A stretch of 61,126 nucleotides of DNA, filler included, from Squatina squatina (Eukaryota), in assembly GCA_031763465.1 (NCBI GenBank). It is 4 parts of 4 records of this genome, joined end to end, with 100 filler letters (N's around TTAATTAATTAA, not from the genome) between each part and the next. Parts side by side here need not be neighbours in the genome. Positions count along the whole stretch, not along the records: positions 14,609 to 30,371 come from JARFOE010000016.1; positions 30,472 to 47,190 come from JARFOE010000051.1; 2 more parts are not named here. One strand, 5' to 3'. The position numbers and the translations under genes are program-made. Of the stretch, positions 26,016 through 38,385 are shown one piece after another. Position 1 is the stretch's first letter. Each line of letters opens with the position of its first letter. Below the pieces are notes generated by a model. The model did not search any database. It saw only the letters and a program-made list of their open reading frames with translations, and was not told the origin of the DNA.

Positions 26016-26639
26016 GTAAGAAATAGTCTATACTGACATTGTTAAATTTATCAGTTGAAACATTTATCTTTCACATGCCAAACGGCATTTAGATTTTTTT
26101 TGATTTTACATTCACTCAGAAAGTATTCCTCAGCTGTGTTTAAATCTATATTCTCTACCCAGCCAGCAGATGTCCTCTATGTATCTGACTGCTAATTGTG
26201 TTCAGTGTAACTGTTCACATGGAGTCACAGATGAAGCAATAAAAATAATATTCTGACCTATTAACTGTATTTGATGATCAATATGCTTTTGGTCACTAGA
26301 GGCAAATAAACATGGTTTCTAGTCAAGTAAACTATATTGCGATGTGAAGCATTAAGTTTTGTAAGTTGATTTAAGTTCCTCCGGGTAAATATGGATGCAA
26401 AGATTCTGGGGAAGAATTTAACATAAACTCAGAGATGGGCTACAAAAATAATGCTAACAAACAGGAAAAGAACACAAGATTAAAGATGACGAGAAGTATT
26501 AACAAAAAATACAGCCGAACATCTATGACTTGATGAAAGTAAAGGTTAGACCAAAGGAATAAGGGTAACACCAACAGTTAGGGAACAAATACAGTTTTAA
26601 AAGTAAAGTATAAAAGTACTGTTATAAATAAAATAAATG

Positions 26640-28095
26640 GAACAAATATTAAAAACAAATTAAACTGCATGTACAGCAATGTACACAGCATCCAAAATAA
26701 AATGGGGGAACTGGAGGGAATAATATGTAGCAAGGAACCAGATGTCGAAGGAATAACTGAAACATGACTACACAAAATACAATACTGGCAACTAAATATT
26801 GCAGGCTGTTACATAATCAGAAAGGATAGGAAAAGGAGAAGAGGGAGTGGGGTAGCTGTACTAATTAGAGATAACATAATGTCAATAGAAAAAAGGACGT
26901 AATTAATAGAAGGATAGAAACAGAATCCATATGGATTGAAATAAAAGATAAGAAGGAATCAATCATGCTTAATAGGGGTATACTACTGACCACCGAATAG
27001 TTGAAAGGAGGTGGAAGAAGAAATATGTAAGTAATATGTGAAATGAGTAAAGAACATGTAGTAATAATCATGGGAGATTTTAACAATCCCTTAATAAACT
27101 GGCAAGAAGAGGTAGTAAAAGGGGTACAGGGAATGGAGATTTTACAATATGTGCAGGACTCCTTTCTTACCCAGTATATAAAAAGTCCAACAAGAGAGGG
27201 TGCACTGCTGGATCTAGTAATTGGAAATGAACCAGAACAGATAAGTGAAGTAAGCATTGGGGAACATCTAGGCAATAGCGATCACAACATCATAAGGTTT
27301 AAGATAAAGATTGAGAAGGACATAAGTAAGACAAAGACCAAATTAATAAATTGGAAAAAATGATTTAAAGGAGATGAGAATGGATCTTGGGAAAATAAAA
27401 CATAAAAAAATAGAACAGCGGTGGGAAATATTTAAAATGGTAATCAATAGAGTGCAGGAAAATATATCCCACTAGAAAGCAAGAACAAACTAGTCATGCC
27501 ACACCATGGATGACTTAAAAAATAAGGGCAAAATTGAAACTAAAGAAAAAGACATACATTAAATACATAGACAACACAGGAAAGGGAATATGAAAAGGTT
27601 AGAAAGAAGTCAAAAAAACAATTAGGAAGACAAAGAGAAACTACAATATTAAATTATCAAGGAATATATAAAGAAATAGTAAAGTATCCCACAGACCTAT
27701 AAATAACAAAAGAAAAGTCAGGATAGGGACAGTGTCACTAAGGGTTGTACACAATAAACTCAGAGCTAATGATAGTGAAATGGCATCCACGAATATTCAA
27801 AGAAGTTAAAGAGATAGCAGAGGCACTATTATTTATATATATATATATATATATAGACTGGCAGACAGCTAGTGTGATTCCTATAATTAAAGAAGAGATC
27901 GAGCAAGTCCAGGGAACTATTAGCTTAATGTCGGTGGTGGGAGAAATAATGGAATCTTCACTCAAAGATGATACAGAAAATCATTTAGAAACTGAAAATA
28001 TAATAAACAACAGTTGGCATGGATTTCAAAAGGGAAGTCATGCTTGTCCAATCTTATTGAATTCTATGAAGAAGTAGCAGGAAGGGTAGACAAGG
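26640..28095 (+). mobile_element. Long degenerate CR1 LINE (APE endonuclease to RT start)
   Basis: Motifs LNCMYSNVHSIQNKMGEL...ITET, IIMGDFN..INW, PTREGALLDLV, LGNSDH and DWQTASVIPI...HGFQKG, with many stops and frameshifts. Confidence 0.92.
27834..27855. repeat. (TA)n microsatellite inside the CR1
   Basis: Directly visible. Confidence 0.9.
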
Positions 28096-28369
28096 TGTTA
28101 GAAATCAAAGATCTGCAGTAATCATCAGGTTTGTGCGCAAACCAAACTTGGTGGGTAGATTGTGTTTATTCAGAGTTTAGGACAGAATACAAAACATGAG
28201 TTATACAACAAAAGCTTATGACTGTGACAAATAGGTGGAGAACAATTCCTTGACTTCTCCTTTCGTCCAGGAGTGATCGACTTCCTATGAGTGGGGTCCG
28301 CTCTCAAAAGAGTGTTCAACCAGCTCACCCTTGTGATTCTCTTTGTCTCTGGTTCCTCTTGGTTTCTCT
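28096..28369 (-). mobile_element. Probable LTR end (ERV/Gypsy-type) inserted into the CR1
   Basis: CR1 homology stops abruptly at ...gacaagg|TGTTAG. There is a TG boundary, and AATAAA on the minus strand (tttatt, 28165-28170) about 70 nt from the end. The other end is lost in a gap. Confidence 0.4.
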
Positions 28370-28740
28370 NNNNNNNNNNNNNNNNNNNNNNNNNNNNNNN
28401 NNNNNNNNNNNNNNNNNNNNNNNNNNNNNNNNNNNNNNNNNNNNNNNNNNNNNNNNNNNNNNNNNNNNNATCAGGAGGCTTTCGAGGACACGTTGTCAAG
28501 AGTTCACCAACACTAGAGCAACATTTATTCTGGAAATTCTCTGTGGACTTCACCTTAAAAGAGTAAGCGCTGTGGTACTTCACCTGAAAGGAATCACCAG
28601 AAGAGAGGGAGTGCTTGTTCATCGATATCTTGCTAGGGGTCTCTCTTAGTCTAGACGAGGAATGGGGGGGAGGACATGAGGCCAGGCAGTGCAGCACCAG
28701 CTGCTGCAGGAGAGAGGGACCGGACGGACAGGAGGATGAG

Positions 28741-28856
28741 GTGGGCTCCTTCCCTCACTGCAGGTACACGGTATCCCTCTTCCTCTGGACCTCCTCCACT
28801 AGGACCTCCAGTGTTACATCCGAGAACCTGTACACCCTCTCCCTTGGTCCCTGTGT
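28741..28856 (-). pseudogene. Harbinger Myb/SANT N-terminal remnant
   Basis: QGPRERVYRFSDVTLEVLVEEVQRKRDTVYLQ* parallels RKFSDLALEIL..VVEQRRAQLF at about 10200-10290. Confidence 0.6.
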
Positions 28857-29499
28857 TATCCTGCAACATGCCACTGTATGCTAGCCAGAGCACGCTACAC
28901 TTTCAATGGAAGTGGGTGTGAGAAGCCCACCTAAACTGTTCTACAAAAATTGTGTCTAATCAGCATTTGCATACTAAACCTGCAGGTTTCTGTTTTTGCA
29001 AGCACGTTCAAATCAAGGTAATCTGCAATTAGGACCAAAATTGTGTGCTAAATCCAGACTTTCAAACAGGCATATCTGAGGAGCACTGCACCCATTTAGC
29101 ATCTGTTTTCATCCGTTGGCCAAAATAACCCCCATAGTGTGCTGACTGTTCACAGTTTTTATTATAGAGTAAAAAAGCCAAAAGAATTGAAAGTGCAACT
29201 GTGTGTGTGGTCTTTACAGATTAAAGTTGTCTAAGTCCTTATCCTACTGTTCCATAGGATAAGTGATGCAATATCTGCACATGTTACACCTGTTAACCGA
29301 TATATTCGATGCAAAAGATTTTAGTTTTATCTGCAATGACATTTAAACTCGAACTATACAAAATGCATACAATGGTCTCTTTGTTATGTTGCTTCCTCCT
29401 TTATATAAAAAGTGTGTGAACAAGATACAAAAGATGGGATCTGTTGTGCTCAGAGTCGTGCGGTGTATAAACAATTAAACCTTTTGCAAAGGTGTGTGT

Positions 29500-29780
29500 G
29501 TGAGAGAGTAGTGGGGCGGCTTGTGTTGTTATAAAGCGCTTTTAAAAGCTTAGAGACCAAGCTCCCGATGAGTGGATGCAGAGAGAAAGAGGCGCGGCCG
29601 AGCTATTCCCAGCGATATCACCGCCCCCCACCGCCACCACCACCTCCGGGGGGGGCGGGGTCACGCCGGCGCGCCAGCGCGGCGCTGATTGGCGGAGAGC
29701 GCGCTGACTGACAGCAGGGAGAGGTGGCGGAGCCAGTGAGGAGGGCGGCAGCGGCGGGGCTCGGCTGTGCTGCCTGTAAG
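29500..29780 (+). promoter_or_regulatory. CpG-island promoter (GC box, CCAAT box, PBX/PREP decamer)
   Basis: Dense CpG outside any repeat. GGGGCGGGG at 29652-29660, ATTGG at 29688-29692 and TGACTGACAG at 29705-29714. Confidence 0.75.
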
Positions 29781-29950
29781 CTGTGTGTGTGTGTGTGCCA
29801 TCAATAATTTACACAGGGACTCGGCGCAGCGCTATGTATTCATTTGTGCGTCTTCTTGTCAGGGCCCCTTCTTACACTTCAGGGGTCATTTAATTCCTGC
29901 TATAAACTAAGAAAGCGGGAGGGAGAGGCAAGCACAGAGCGGCGAAGGAG
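29730..29950 (+). other. Probable non-coding first exon (start approximate)
   Basis: Lies downstream of the promoter motifs and ends at donor GAG|GTGAGC (29950/29951). No convincing ORF. Confidence 0.5.
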
Positions 29951-30371
29951 GTGAGCTCTCTCAAAAAAAAATAAAGCCCATCCAAACAAAAAAAATTAAA
30001 AGAGGGGATAATTTTTTTTTAAACTCCCAAGAAGAGAGGAAACTGGATTCGATCGAGAGATAAGGAGCAAAGCAGCACATTGACACAGTGGAAGTCGGCG
30101 CTCGCTCGTCATGTTAGAGTTGCTGTTCGGTTTGGTTTGGTTTGGGTTAACCTGAATCCAGAATCCAAGTGAAAGATAAACCATTTGTCCCTTAATTTCA
30201 GCTCGAATGGGTGAGGGCCAAATGTAAAGAATAAGAGTGACATTGTACAGTATATAGTTCTGAAAATTCAGTGACAATCTTCTAATTCTCTTTCAACGTC
30301 CTACAAAGTCTTACCATGCTGCCTGAGCCATTGCATTCTAGTTTCCTGTTTACAGTGTTAGATAGATGTCA

Positions 30372-30471
30372 NNNNNNNNNNNNNNNNNNNNNNNNNNNNN
30401 NNNNNNNNNNNNNNNTTAATTAATTAANNNNNNNNNNNNNNNNNNNNNNNNNNNNNNNNNNNNNNNNNNNN
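30372..30471. other. Artificial scaffold-joining spacer N44-TTAATTAATTAA-N44
   Basis: 12-mer at 30416-30427. Confidence 0.95.
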
Positions 30472-30563
30472 GGGGAAGAGCCAGGGGAGTGGGACTAATT
30501 GGAGAGCTCTTTCATAAGGCCAACACAGGCAGGATGGGGCGAATGTGCTGTGTTATTCTATGA
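30472..30563 (+). mobile_element. CR1 3' tail
   Basis: gggagtgggactaattggagagctctttc...gaat...tgtgttattctatga. Confidence 0.65.
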
Positions 30564-31246
30564 CCTGATCCCCCAATCATTACAAAACGAGGCGGGGAGC
30601 GCGGGTAGGGGGAAATGAGTCCTGTTTATTAGGATAATAATGGGTTAAAGGGAAATTGGTGCAATGTGGAAAGTGCCATTGTATTTGAAGTTCAAGGATG
30701 CGGGTGTTGTATTACAGAGCCCACACGGCTTTCATTTGTCAGGATTTACAGGAAACTGGTAATACGACCATTATTATTAATTCAAGAGCAGAAAATGGGG
30801 AAGCTGGGACAGATAAGAGGCAGATAAAGGATTGCTCGACTCGGAGGTAAAAGTCAGTAACTGGCAGCTTCACGTCAATAGTTTATTGCAACACTATCTC
30901 GCCCTCTGCTATACAAACCGGAGAAGACCTCAGCAACATATTGATTGGGTAGCACATCTCCACACAGATTGACTTTCAGTTTGTTTTTGCGTTTGTCTTT
31001 CGTTAGGTGTGAATGACAGAGCGGGAGCTGAGGACGTTTGACGAGCCTGAGGGTTTGATCGCTGGCATGTGGCGTGTGAGCCGTGCCAAAGGTTTCTTCC
31101 AGGTGGAGGTGTGACCTGCAGCCGGTCCCTTTTTCTCCAAAATGTTGTGGGAGAGGCCACAGTGTAGCCACAGTGCAGGCCCGCATGAGGATACCGTCAA
31201 TCCAGTGTGCTCCGCTCGAGCAAGGGGATCACAGACAAGTGCAATT

Positions 31247-31323
31247 TCACACACACACTATCCCTCACCCACACACCCTCTCCCTCACACACACACACTC
31301 CCTAACTCGCACCCTCACACACA
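31247..31323. repeat. CA/CT-rich simple repeat flanking a ~600-N gap
   Basis: Directly visible. Confidence 0.85.
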
Positions 31324-33607
31324 NNNNNNNNNNNNNNNNNNNNNNNNNNNNNNNNNNNNNNNNNNNNNNNNNNNNNNNNNNNNNNNNNNNNNNNNNNNNN
31401 NNNNNNNNNNNNNNNNNNNNNNNNNNNNNNNNNNNNNNNNNNNNNNNNNNNNNNNNNNNNNNNNNNNNNNNNNNNNNNNNNNNNNNNNNNNNNNNNNNNN
31501 NNNNNNNNNNNNNNNNNNNNNNNNNNNNNNNNNNNNNNNNNNNNNNNNNNNNNNNNNNNNNNNNNNNNNNNNNNNNNNNNNNNNNNNNNNNNNNNNNNNN
31601 NNNNNNNNNNNNNNNNNNNNNNNNNNNNNNNNNNNNNNNNNNNNNNNNNNNNNNNNNNNNNNNNNNNNNNNNNNNNNNNNNNNNNNNNNNNNNNNNNNNN
31701 NNNNNNNNNNNNNNNNNNNNNNNNNNNNNNNNNNNNNNNNNNNNNNNNNNNNNNNNNNNNNNNNNNNNNNNNNNNNNNNNNNNNNNNNNNNNNNNNNNNN
31801 NNNNNNNNNNNNNNNNNNNNNNNNNNNNNNNNNNNNNNNNNNNNNNNNNNNNNNNNNNNNNNNNNNNNNNNNNNNNNNNNNNNNNNNNNNNNNNNNNNNN
31901 NNNNNNNNNNNNNNNNNNNNNGCCTCCTCCTGCTCCTATTTCTTATGTTCTTAACCTCACTGGGGTATTTAGATTCCCAATAAGAACTGAACTTCTCTTG
32001 ATTCTCTGTCATCTTTGAATAATCTGAATTGTGCGATCTTTTGCTATATCTTTACTTACTTTGGGTCAAAGGTCTAGCCAAAGGGTTAAAATTAAGTGCT
32101 GAATCATAATACGTGATGTGGGCATGTCCCCATCAGGAAAGCTATTCCATCGAGAAGTTTTCATTTTCTACTGACTTTAATACTCAGTGAGATGTGGGTG
32201 TATAGTCAGTGCATTGACTTTACACTTCTTAAATACTAGGAGTTCCCCCACCATTCTTTCAAGCATCACATCGTTATTAAGAGATTTTTTTTCCATTACC
32301 ACACACCACATCCTCCTCCTTGTCTCACTTCTGTTTCTTCTACCACATTGAAATGATTATATGTCATGTCAATACTAGGAATGAGGTGTATAGTTCATGA
32401 GGCGACTATATACATGTCTTTGGTCTTTGTGACAAAAGACCTTGCCCTTATAAAAGGAGGCACTTAGGAGGTATCGAACAATTATTTCTAGAATAATAGA
32501 AAACGTAATCTTCCACTCCTGCCTCCTCCTCTCCCATCTAAATAAGAGGGGGCAGCAGTAAAAGATTACACTTTCTAAATGGTGTGATAAAAAATGTTTA
32601 TTTGGACAACTAGAATCCTATTGATGAAAAAATGGGGTATTGCAATCCCGCTCCCACTTTCTAATCCTGTGAAGGGAATGAAATTAATGAATGATCCCAT
32701 CACAATTTGGGTTCTCTCCCAACATAACTTGCGCTTGCAACATAAAAAGGCAATTTCTTGAAGCGGACCAAATCCCATGTCGACTGAAACATGCCCTCTC
32801 ACTGGTGTTTTGGATTGGGTGAGTGACATGGAATGCCACAGGACTAGCAAGTACACTTTTACCATGGGATGGAGTGCCACAAGTCATTTTCCTATGTTAA
32901 AGGCACTGTGTCAGTGCAAGTTAAGTTGTTGTTATGCATTGAACAGGCAGTGTGAACCCAGATCATCAGGATTTGGAAGAACCAGTGTAAATTTTGTCTC
33001 GTAACCCAAAGCAAACTCAGAGCAATTTGTTGGCACTTTGCGTGGTGAAGATAAATGTACCCTTACAATGAATGCCATCTCCCACGCCTATACTTACAGG
33101 CACCCAGAACCAGTCTATGCCCTGGATTGTATTAAATTACTGGGCTTGGCATTTTTAAGAGGTTTTTCTCCAATATTTAAATTGTTTGTCACAGGCTGAT
33201 TTTTGGCAATGTTGTGCCGCGTGTTATAATATTGTGCTACAATTTAGCATTCGGATGAATTTGAATTAAAATGTTGGTCTAAACAACCAAAGTTTGATTC
33301 TCCAGCCCAACATTAGTGCCAGTGAGGCAACAAGGAGGTGTCACAATGCTGCAATGGGAGGTAGTGTTCTGAGGTTGGAGTCCAGGTGTATTTTTGGGCA
33401 AGAGTAAAAGGAACATCTGTAAATACCAGAGAATGACAATGGTTACCAAAAGCAGAAACCTGTTTCATTCCTTAGTATTGAATTTCTATACATGGGTGAG
33501 TACATTATCTTTAATAACCCCAATACATCTTCAGTGATATCATGCCCAGAAGCATAAACCAGAAGATCCATCAGAATTTCAAGGACGTATGTTATTTGCA
33601 AGAAGAA

Positions 33608-33795
33608 TAAAGATTTGCATTTATATAACTCTTTTCACGACCACCAGACATCCAAAGTGCTTTACAGCCAATGAAGTACTTTTTTGAAGTGCAGTCACCA
33701 TTGTAATATGGGAAACATGGCAGCCAATTTGCACACAGCAAGCTCCCACAAACAGCGTGATCTGTTTTTGTGATGTTAGTTGAGGGAAAAATATT
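33608..33795 (-). mobile_element. SacSINE1-like Deu-domain SINE, 3' part
   Basis: ttgcatttatata tail, ctttacagccaatgaagtactttt, and cagccaatttgcacacagcaagctcccac (reverse complement of the Deu-domain core). Confidence 0.8.
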
Positions 33796-34487
33796 NNNNN
33801 NNNNNNNNNNNNNNNNNNNNNNNNNNNNNNNNNNNNNNNNNNNNNNNNNNNNNNNNNNNNNNNNNNNNNNNNNNNNNNNNNNNNNNNNNNNNNNNGTGGG
33901 CGTGATATGTGCACAGGAAGAGACCGATAAATTAACCAAGTCTAATTTAGGTAAGAAGCATGCAGTTTCCCAATCAGCTGTCTCAAGGGGAAGCTGGATA
34001 AGTACACAGGGGGAGAAAGGAATGGAAGGATATGCTGATGGGGTGAGTTGAAGAGGGGCGGGAGGAGCAGAAACACCGGCACGGACCAGTTGGGCCGAAT
34101 GGACTGCTTCTGTGCTGTAAATTCAATAGAATTCTATTGCTGGAAAGCTTTAATCGAGCACGGGCAAATAAATATGGTCATGAGTGCCATTATGTGTAAC
34201 TTACTGTGTTTCAAGGCACTACCCTAAGGTTCCTGCCCTTTCCAAATATTTTAATCATATATTCAGGTGCAATGTCCGTTTAAGAAAGAACGAAGTTACA
34301 GACTTATCACCATTCTCAGCAGTGTCTCCAAAATATTTCAGAGAAGCTTCCAGCACAGAAGGAGGCCATTCGGCCCATCATGTTGGTGCCGGCTCTTTGG
34401 CAGAGTGATCCAATTAATCCCACTCCCCATCGCCCTGTCAATTCTCTTGAAAGTTATTATTGAATCTGTTGCCACCGTAATTAGAAA

Positions 34488-34700
34488 GACAGACTTGCAT
34501 TTATGTAGCACCTTTCACAACCTCAGGAGATCCCCACGTGCTTTACAGCCAATGAAGTACTTTTTGACGTGTAGTTACTGTTATAATGTAGGAAACGCGA
34601 CAGCCAATTTGCACACAGCAAGCTCCCACAAACACCAATGTGATAATGGCCAGATAGTCTGTTTTCGTGAGGTGGGGTGTCAGATAAAGATTGGCCCGGT
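34488..34700 (-). mobile_element. SacSINE1-like Deu-domain SINE, 3' part
   Basis: Same motifs as 33608-33795. Confidence 0.8.
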
Positions 34701-34836
34701 NNNNNNNNNNNNNNNNNNNNNNNNNNNNNNNNNNNNNNNNNNNNNNNNNNNNNNNNNNNNNNNNNNNNNNNNNNNNNNNNNNNNNNNNNNNNNNNNNNNN
34801 ACCATCTTATTTACTTTTAGAAAGTGAAAAATGAAT

Positions 34837-34954
34837 GGCCTGGATTTTGCAGTCAGCGGCGAGTGAATGTGACTCGCTGTTCAGCACTTGCACTGGCCCA
34901 TGGAGTTTCTGAGCGCTAATGGCCTCGCCATTATTTTCACCGCAAAATCCGGGA
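34837..34954. mobile_element. Very short MITE with terminal inverted repeats
   Basis: ggcctggattttgcag at the start and cgcaaaatccgggac at the end form an imperfect TIR pair about 115 nt apart. Confidence 0.55.
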
Positions 34955-35276
34955 CAATCTTTTCTTTTGTAAACGGATTCTTTTTGGTCTGAAATAGTTA
35001 GAAAAATGTCAGTATTCTATATGAAGTTGTCAAGTTAGAAACAGGAACCTTTGAAATTTTCACAATCTCTAGCAATACTGCTATTGGCCAGTGGGAGGCG
35101 GCAACTTTCTGGTGTTGGGGATCAATTGCTAATGTTTCATCACAGTCTCAATCGCTGATTGGGCAAAGCTTTTGTAATAAAATGGGCTGTGTGAGAAAAC
35201 TGATTATCTCAGCTATTTATACTTCATGCTTAAGTGTTTTGATCTGAAACTTACTGGTTTTCCTGTGTTTTGCCAG

Positions 35277-35373
35277 GGGCAAGTGTTGAAACATCAGTGC
35301 AGAATATCACTGCGAGACCAGATCATTTTCCTGCTTCCACAAACCACATACCCGACATCAATTTCTTCTACAT
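35277..35373 (+). CDS. Candidate 97-nt internal exon of an unidentified gene
   Basis: Strong acceptor ttttcctgtgttttgccAG and donor CAT|GTAAGT. Two frames are open (ASVETSVQNITARPDHFPASTNHIPDINFFY or GQVLKHQCRISLRDQIIFLLPQTTYPTSISST). Confidence 0.45.
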
Positions 35374-35684
35374 GTAAGTGGACAGTGGGAACTGGGAGTA
35401 CTATTTCATCCATGTGATTTGGGTTGGGGAAACGGAACACAACCAGGTCTAAGATTTCCCCCACGGTGCCCTTCCGATCACCGGTAACAGCACAAGAGTT
35501 AAGTGCTTCCCAGAATGGAGAGGAAAATAGGAAGGTGACTCAATCTGCGTTGTGTTTATTTGGCTAGTATTGGCTGCTTACTGAGTGGTATTGGCAACAG
35601 CCTGGGAGTAGTTTGCTTGTTCAAAGGCATTGCAAGGAATGTAAAGAAGAGAAGAAAAATATTGGCCTGTAATTTTTAAAAAAT

Positions 35685-36056
35685 TCATTCCTGGGATGTT
35701 GGTGTCACTGGCAAGGCTGACACTTATTGCCCATCTCTAGTTGCTTTTGAGAAGCCACCACCTTGAATACAACTGAATGGCTTGCAAGGCCATCGGGTCT
35801 GGAGTCACATACAGGCCAGACTGGGTAAGGATGGTAGATTCCCTCCCTAAAGGACATTAGTGAACCAGTTGGCTTTTTACAACAATCCAGTAGCTTTCAT
35901 GGTCACCATTACTGATACTAGCTTTTTAATTCCAGATTTATTTAATTTTTATTTTGAATTCCCCAGCTGTTATGGTCAGATTTGAACTCATATCCCTCAC
36001 CTCCTTAGCTCTAGGCCTCTTGGATTACTTGTCCAGTAACATAACCACTGTACTAC
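35685..36056 (-). mobile_element. Near full-length tRNA-head SINE with a LINE-derived 3' tail
   Basis: Head ggtagtacagtggttatgttactggacaagtaatcc...gagttcaaatc (A/B boxes). The tail gggcaataagtgtcagccttgccagtgacaccaacatccc is shared with the LINE end at 43157-43205. Confidence 0.75.
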
Positions 36057-36601
36057 CAATCCCCATGGTTTGCAGTTAGCGGTGAAGTGAAGGCGCTCGT
36101 CGCTGGCCCCGAAGAAAGCTTCCCACAAGGGTCTCGCGATCTCTGTGGTGAGAAGTTTGGCTTTTCCGATGTCCAGCTGCGATCAGTGCGAGTCAATGGG
36201 GAATCCCTAACGCGAGCTACTGTGACATCAACAGGCTGTCTGAGCAGCCAATCACAATGCAGAATTCTCACAGACCGGGAACCAGAAAATGAGGAAGCTC
36301 CTTTGATTTTAACTTTTTAAAATTGTTACAGAGAGCAAAACAAAGCTTGGGGCTCTCACACTGGGTAAAGGTAAACCTGAAGTAAAGATGAACAAACTTT
36401 AAAAAAAATATAACTTTTTTTTAAAGTTTCTTAAAAATTGTAATTTTTATTAAAATGGAGAAATTTGACACTCCACAAATTAAAATGAGTTTTTCAGCAC
36501 CATAATTTTGTTAGCAGTCAATATGCTTTTGAACCCCCAGTTACACAAGGTCTAACTTTAATGGGGTATTGAACAGCGATACTAGCGCAGAAAAGCCCAG
36601 A
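36057..36601. mobile_element. Non-autonomous DNA-transposon-like element
   Basis: The start tttgcagttagcggtgaagtgaa resembles the 34837 MITE end. A CpG-rich part is followed by an AT-rich interior. Confidence 0.45.
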
Positions 36602-36701
36602 NNNNNNNNNNNNNNNNNNNNNNNNNNNNNNNNNNNNNNNNNNNNNNNNNNNNNNNNNNNNNNNNNNNNNNNNNNNNNNNNNNNNNNNNNNNNNNNNNNN
36701 N

Positions 36702-36880
36702 CAGATTCAATCATGGCTTCCTAAAGGGAATTGGATAAGTACCTGAATGAAAAAGCTATGCAGGACTACAGGGAAAGGGTGGGGGAGTGGGACTAGTTGA
36801 AGTGCTCTTGCAGAGAGCTGGCTCGGGCTCGACAGTCTGAATGGCCTCCTTCTGTGCTGTAACTATTCTATGATTCTATA
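36702..36880 (+). mobile_element. CR1 3' end
   Basis: agggaattggataagtacctg...gaatggcctccttctgtgctgtaactattctatgattctat tail. Confidence 0.8.
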
Positions 36881-36884
36881 TATC

Positions 36885-37665
36885 CAATCCCATTTTGAAA
36901 GTTATTATTGAATCTGCTTCCACTACTCTTTCAGGCAATGCATTCCAGATCATAACAATTTGCTGTGGGAAAACATTTCTCCTCATTTCCCGTCTGGTTC
37001 TTTTGCCAATTATCTTAAATCAGTGACCTCTGGTTATTGATCTACCCGTCATTGGGAACAGTTTCTCCTTTTTTACTCTTATCAAAACCATTCATAATTT
37101 TGAACACCTCTATTAAATCTTCTCTTAACCTTCTTTGCTCTAAGCAGAATAATCACACATACTGAAGTCTCTCATCCCTGGTATCATTCTTGTAAATCTC
37201 CTCCGCACTGTCTCCAAGACTTTGACATCCGTCCTAAAGTGCAGTGTCCAGCTGCAGCCTAACCAGTGATTTATAAAGATTTAACATAATTTCCTTGCTT
37301 TTGTACTCTATAATAGGCCCCAATTTTAACTACAGGTAGACTCCCAGGCCAGGCCGGAATTAACATTACAGTCAGGTCTCAATGATGTCATTGGGCTGCA
37401 ACATGCAAAAGTAAAGAAGGACTCTGTTGGCTCAGGGGGTGTATTTTGGTGTCTGCTCAGGAAAGCAGGTTAAAATTGCAACAGTTGTTGCGATCCTGGC
37501 GGCTTTCGGACAGGTGAGAGGCAGGACAATTTTACCTGCCCACCTGCCAGGTTTCTGCTGAGCGAGTAGGGCTCAGATTCCCCCCATGTCTCTATCTATA
37601 AAGCCAGAGATTCCATTTGCTTTTTTTAACAGCTTCATCAACTTGTCCTAGCCCCTTCAAAGATT
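36885..37665 (-). mobile_element. CR1 ORF2 3' fragment interrupted by a MITE at about 37316-37585
   Basis: ttttgaacacctctattaaatcttctcttaacctt is the reverse complement of RLREDLIEVFK. CR1 sequence ...tactctat resumes as ...ctctatctataaagcc after the GC-rich insert. Confidence 0.75.
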
Positions 37666-38064
37666 CACTTTCAGTTAAGGGGTCAAGAGTGATGGTGGAG
37701 AGCTAGCACTGGGTATTATTAGCATACACATGAAAGCTTACTCCATGCCAGTGGTTGATGTCACACAGGTCATCCTAAGCGGAGGGGGCCATTGATAGAT
37801 TCTTAAGCAGACCCCAGAGGTGGTGGCATGGTAGAGCAAAGCGAAGCCTTTGTTGGCGATGGACTGGTTATATTCAGATAAATAGGAACGGNNNNNNNNN
37901 NNNNNNNNNNNNNNNNNNNNNNNNNNNNNNNNNNNNNNNNNNNNNNNNNNNNNNNNNNNNNNNNNNNNNNNNNNNNNNNNNNNNNNNNNNNAAAATCATT
38001 TTTTAAAAAAAGCTGAACAACATTTAGGGTTATATGAAGAGGAACATTCAGTACAACAGTTAGA

Positions 38065-38220
38065 TGTAGCTCTTAAAGCTAAAGGGAGCAAGGGATATGG
38101 GGAGAAAGCAGGGACAGGGTACTGAATTTGGCAGATCAGCCATGATCATATTGGATGGCGGAGCAGGCTCAAAGGGCCGAATGGCCTACTCCTGCTCCTA
38201 TCTTCTATGTTTCTATGTAA
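38065..38220 (+). mobile_element. CR1 3' end
   Basis: gatcagccatgatcatattg...gggccgaatggcctactcctgctccta..ttctatgtttctatgt. Confidence 0.8.
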
Positions 38221-38254
38221 CAGTAAAGAAATAATGATACATTTGTGCAAAAAA

Positions 38255-38385
38255 GTCTTGCATTTATATACAAACCCAGGACCTCCTAAAGCGTTTTACA
38301 GCCAATTAAGTCATTTTGAAGTGTAGTCATTGTTGGAAAGTAGGAAGCGAGGCAGCCAATTTTGGCACAGCCAGCTCCTAAAGTG
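38255..38385 (-). mobile_element. Deu-SINE 3' fragment
   Basis: cttgcatttatata...ttacagccaattaag...ggcagccaattt. Confidence 0.65.

Noticed and set aside
25301-26026. 241-aa ORF suggesting a Myb/SANT-ZFAT fusion protein
   Set aside because: The two halves lie on different contigs separated by a placeholder 100-N gap, so frame continuity is an artefact.
31083-32018. Long ORFs of 236-311 aa (likewise 52528-53266)
   Set aside because: They consist mostly of N and simple repeats.
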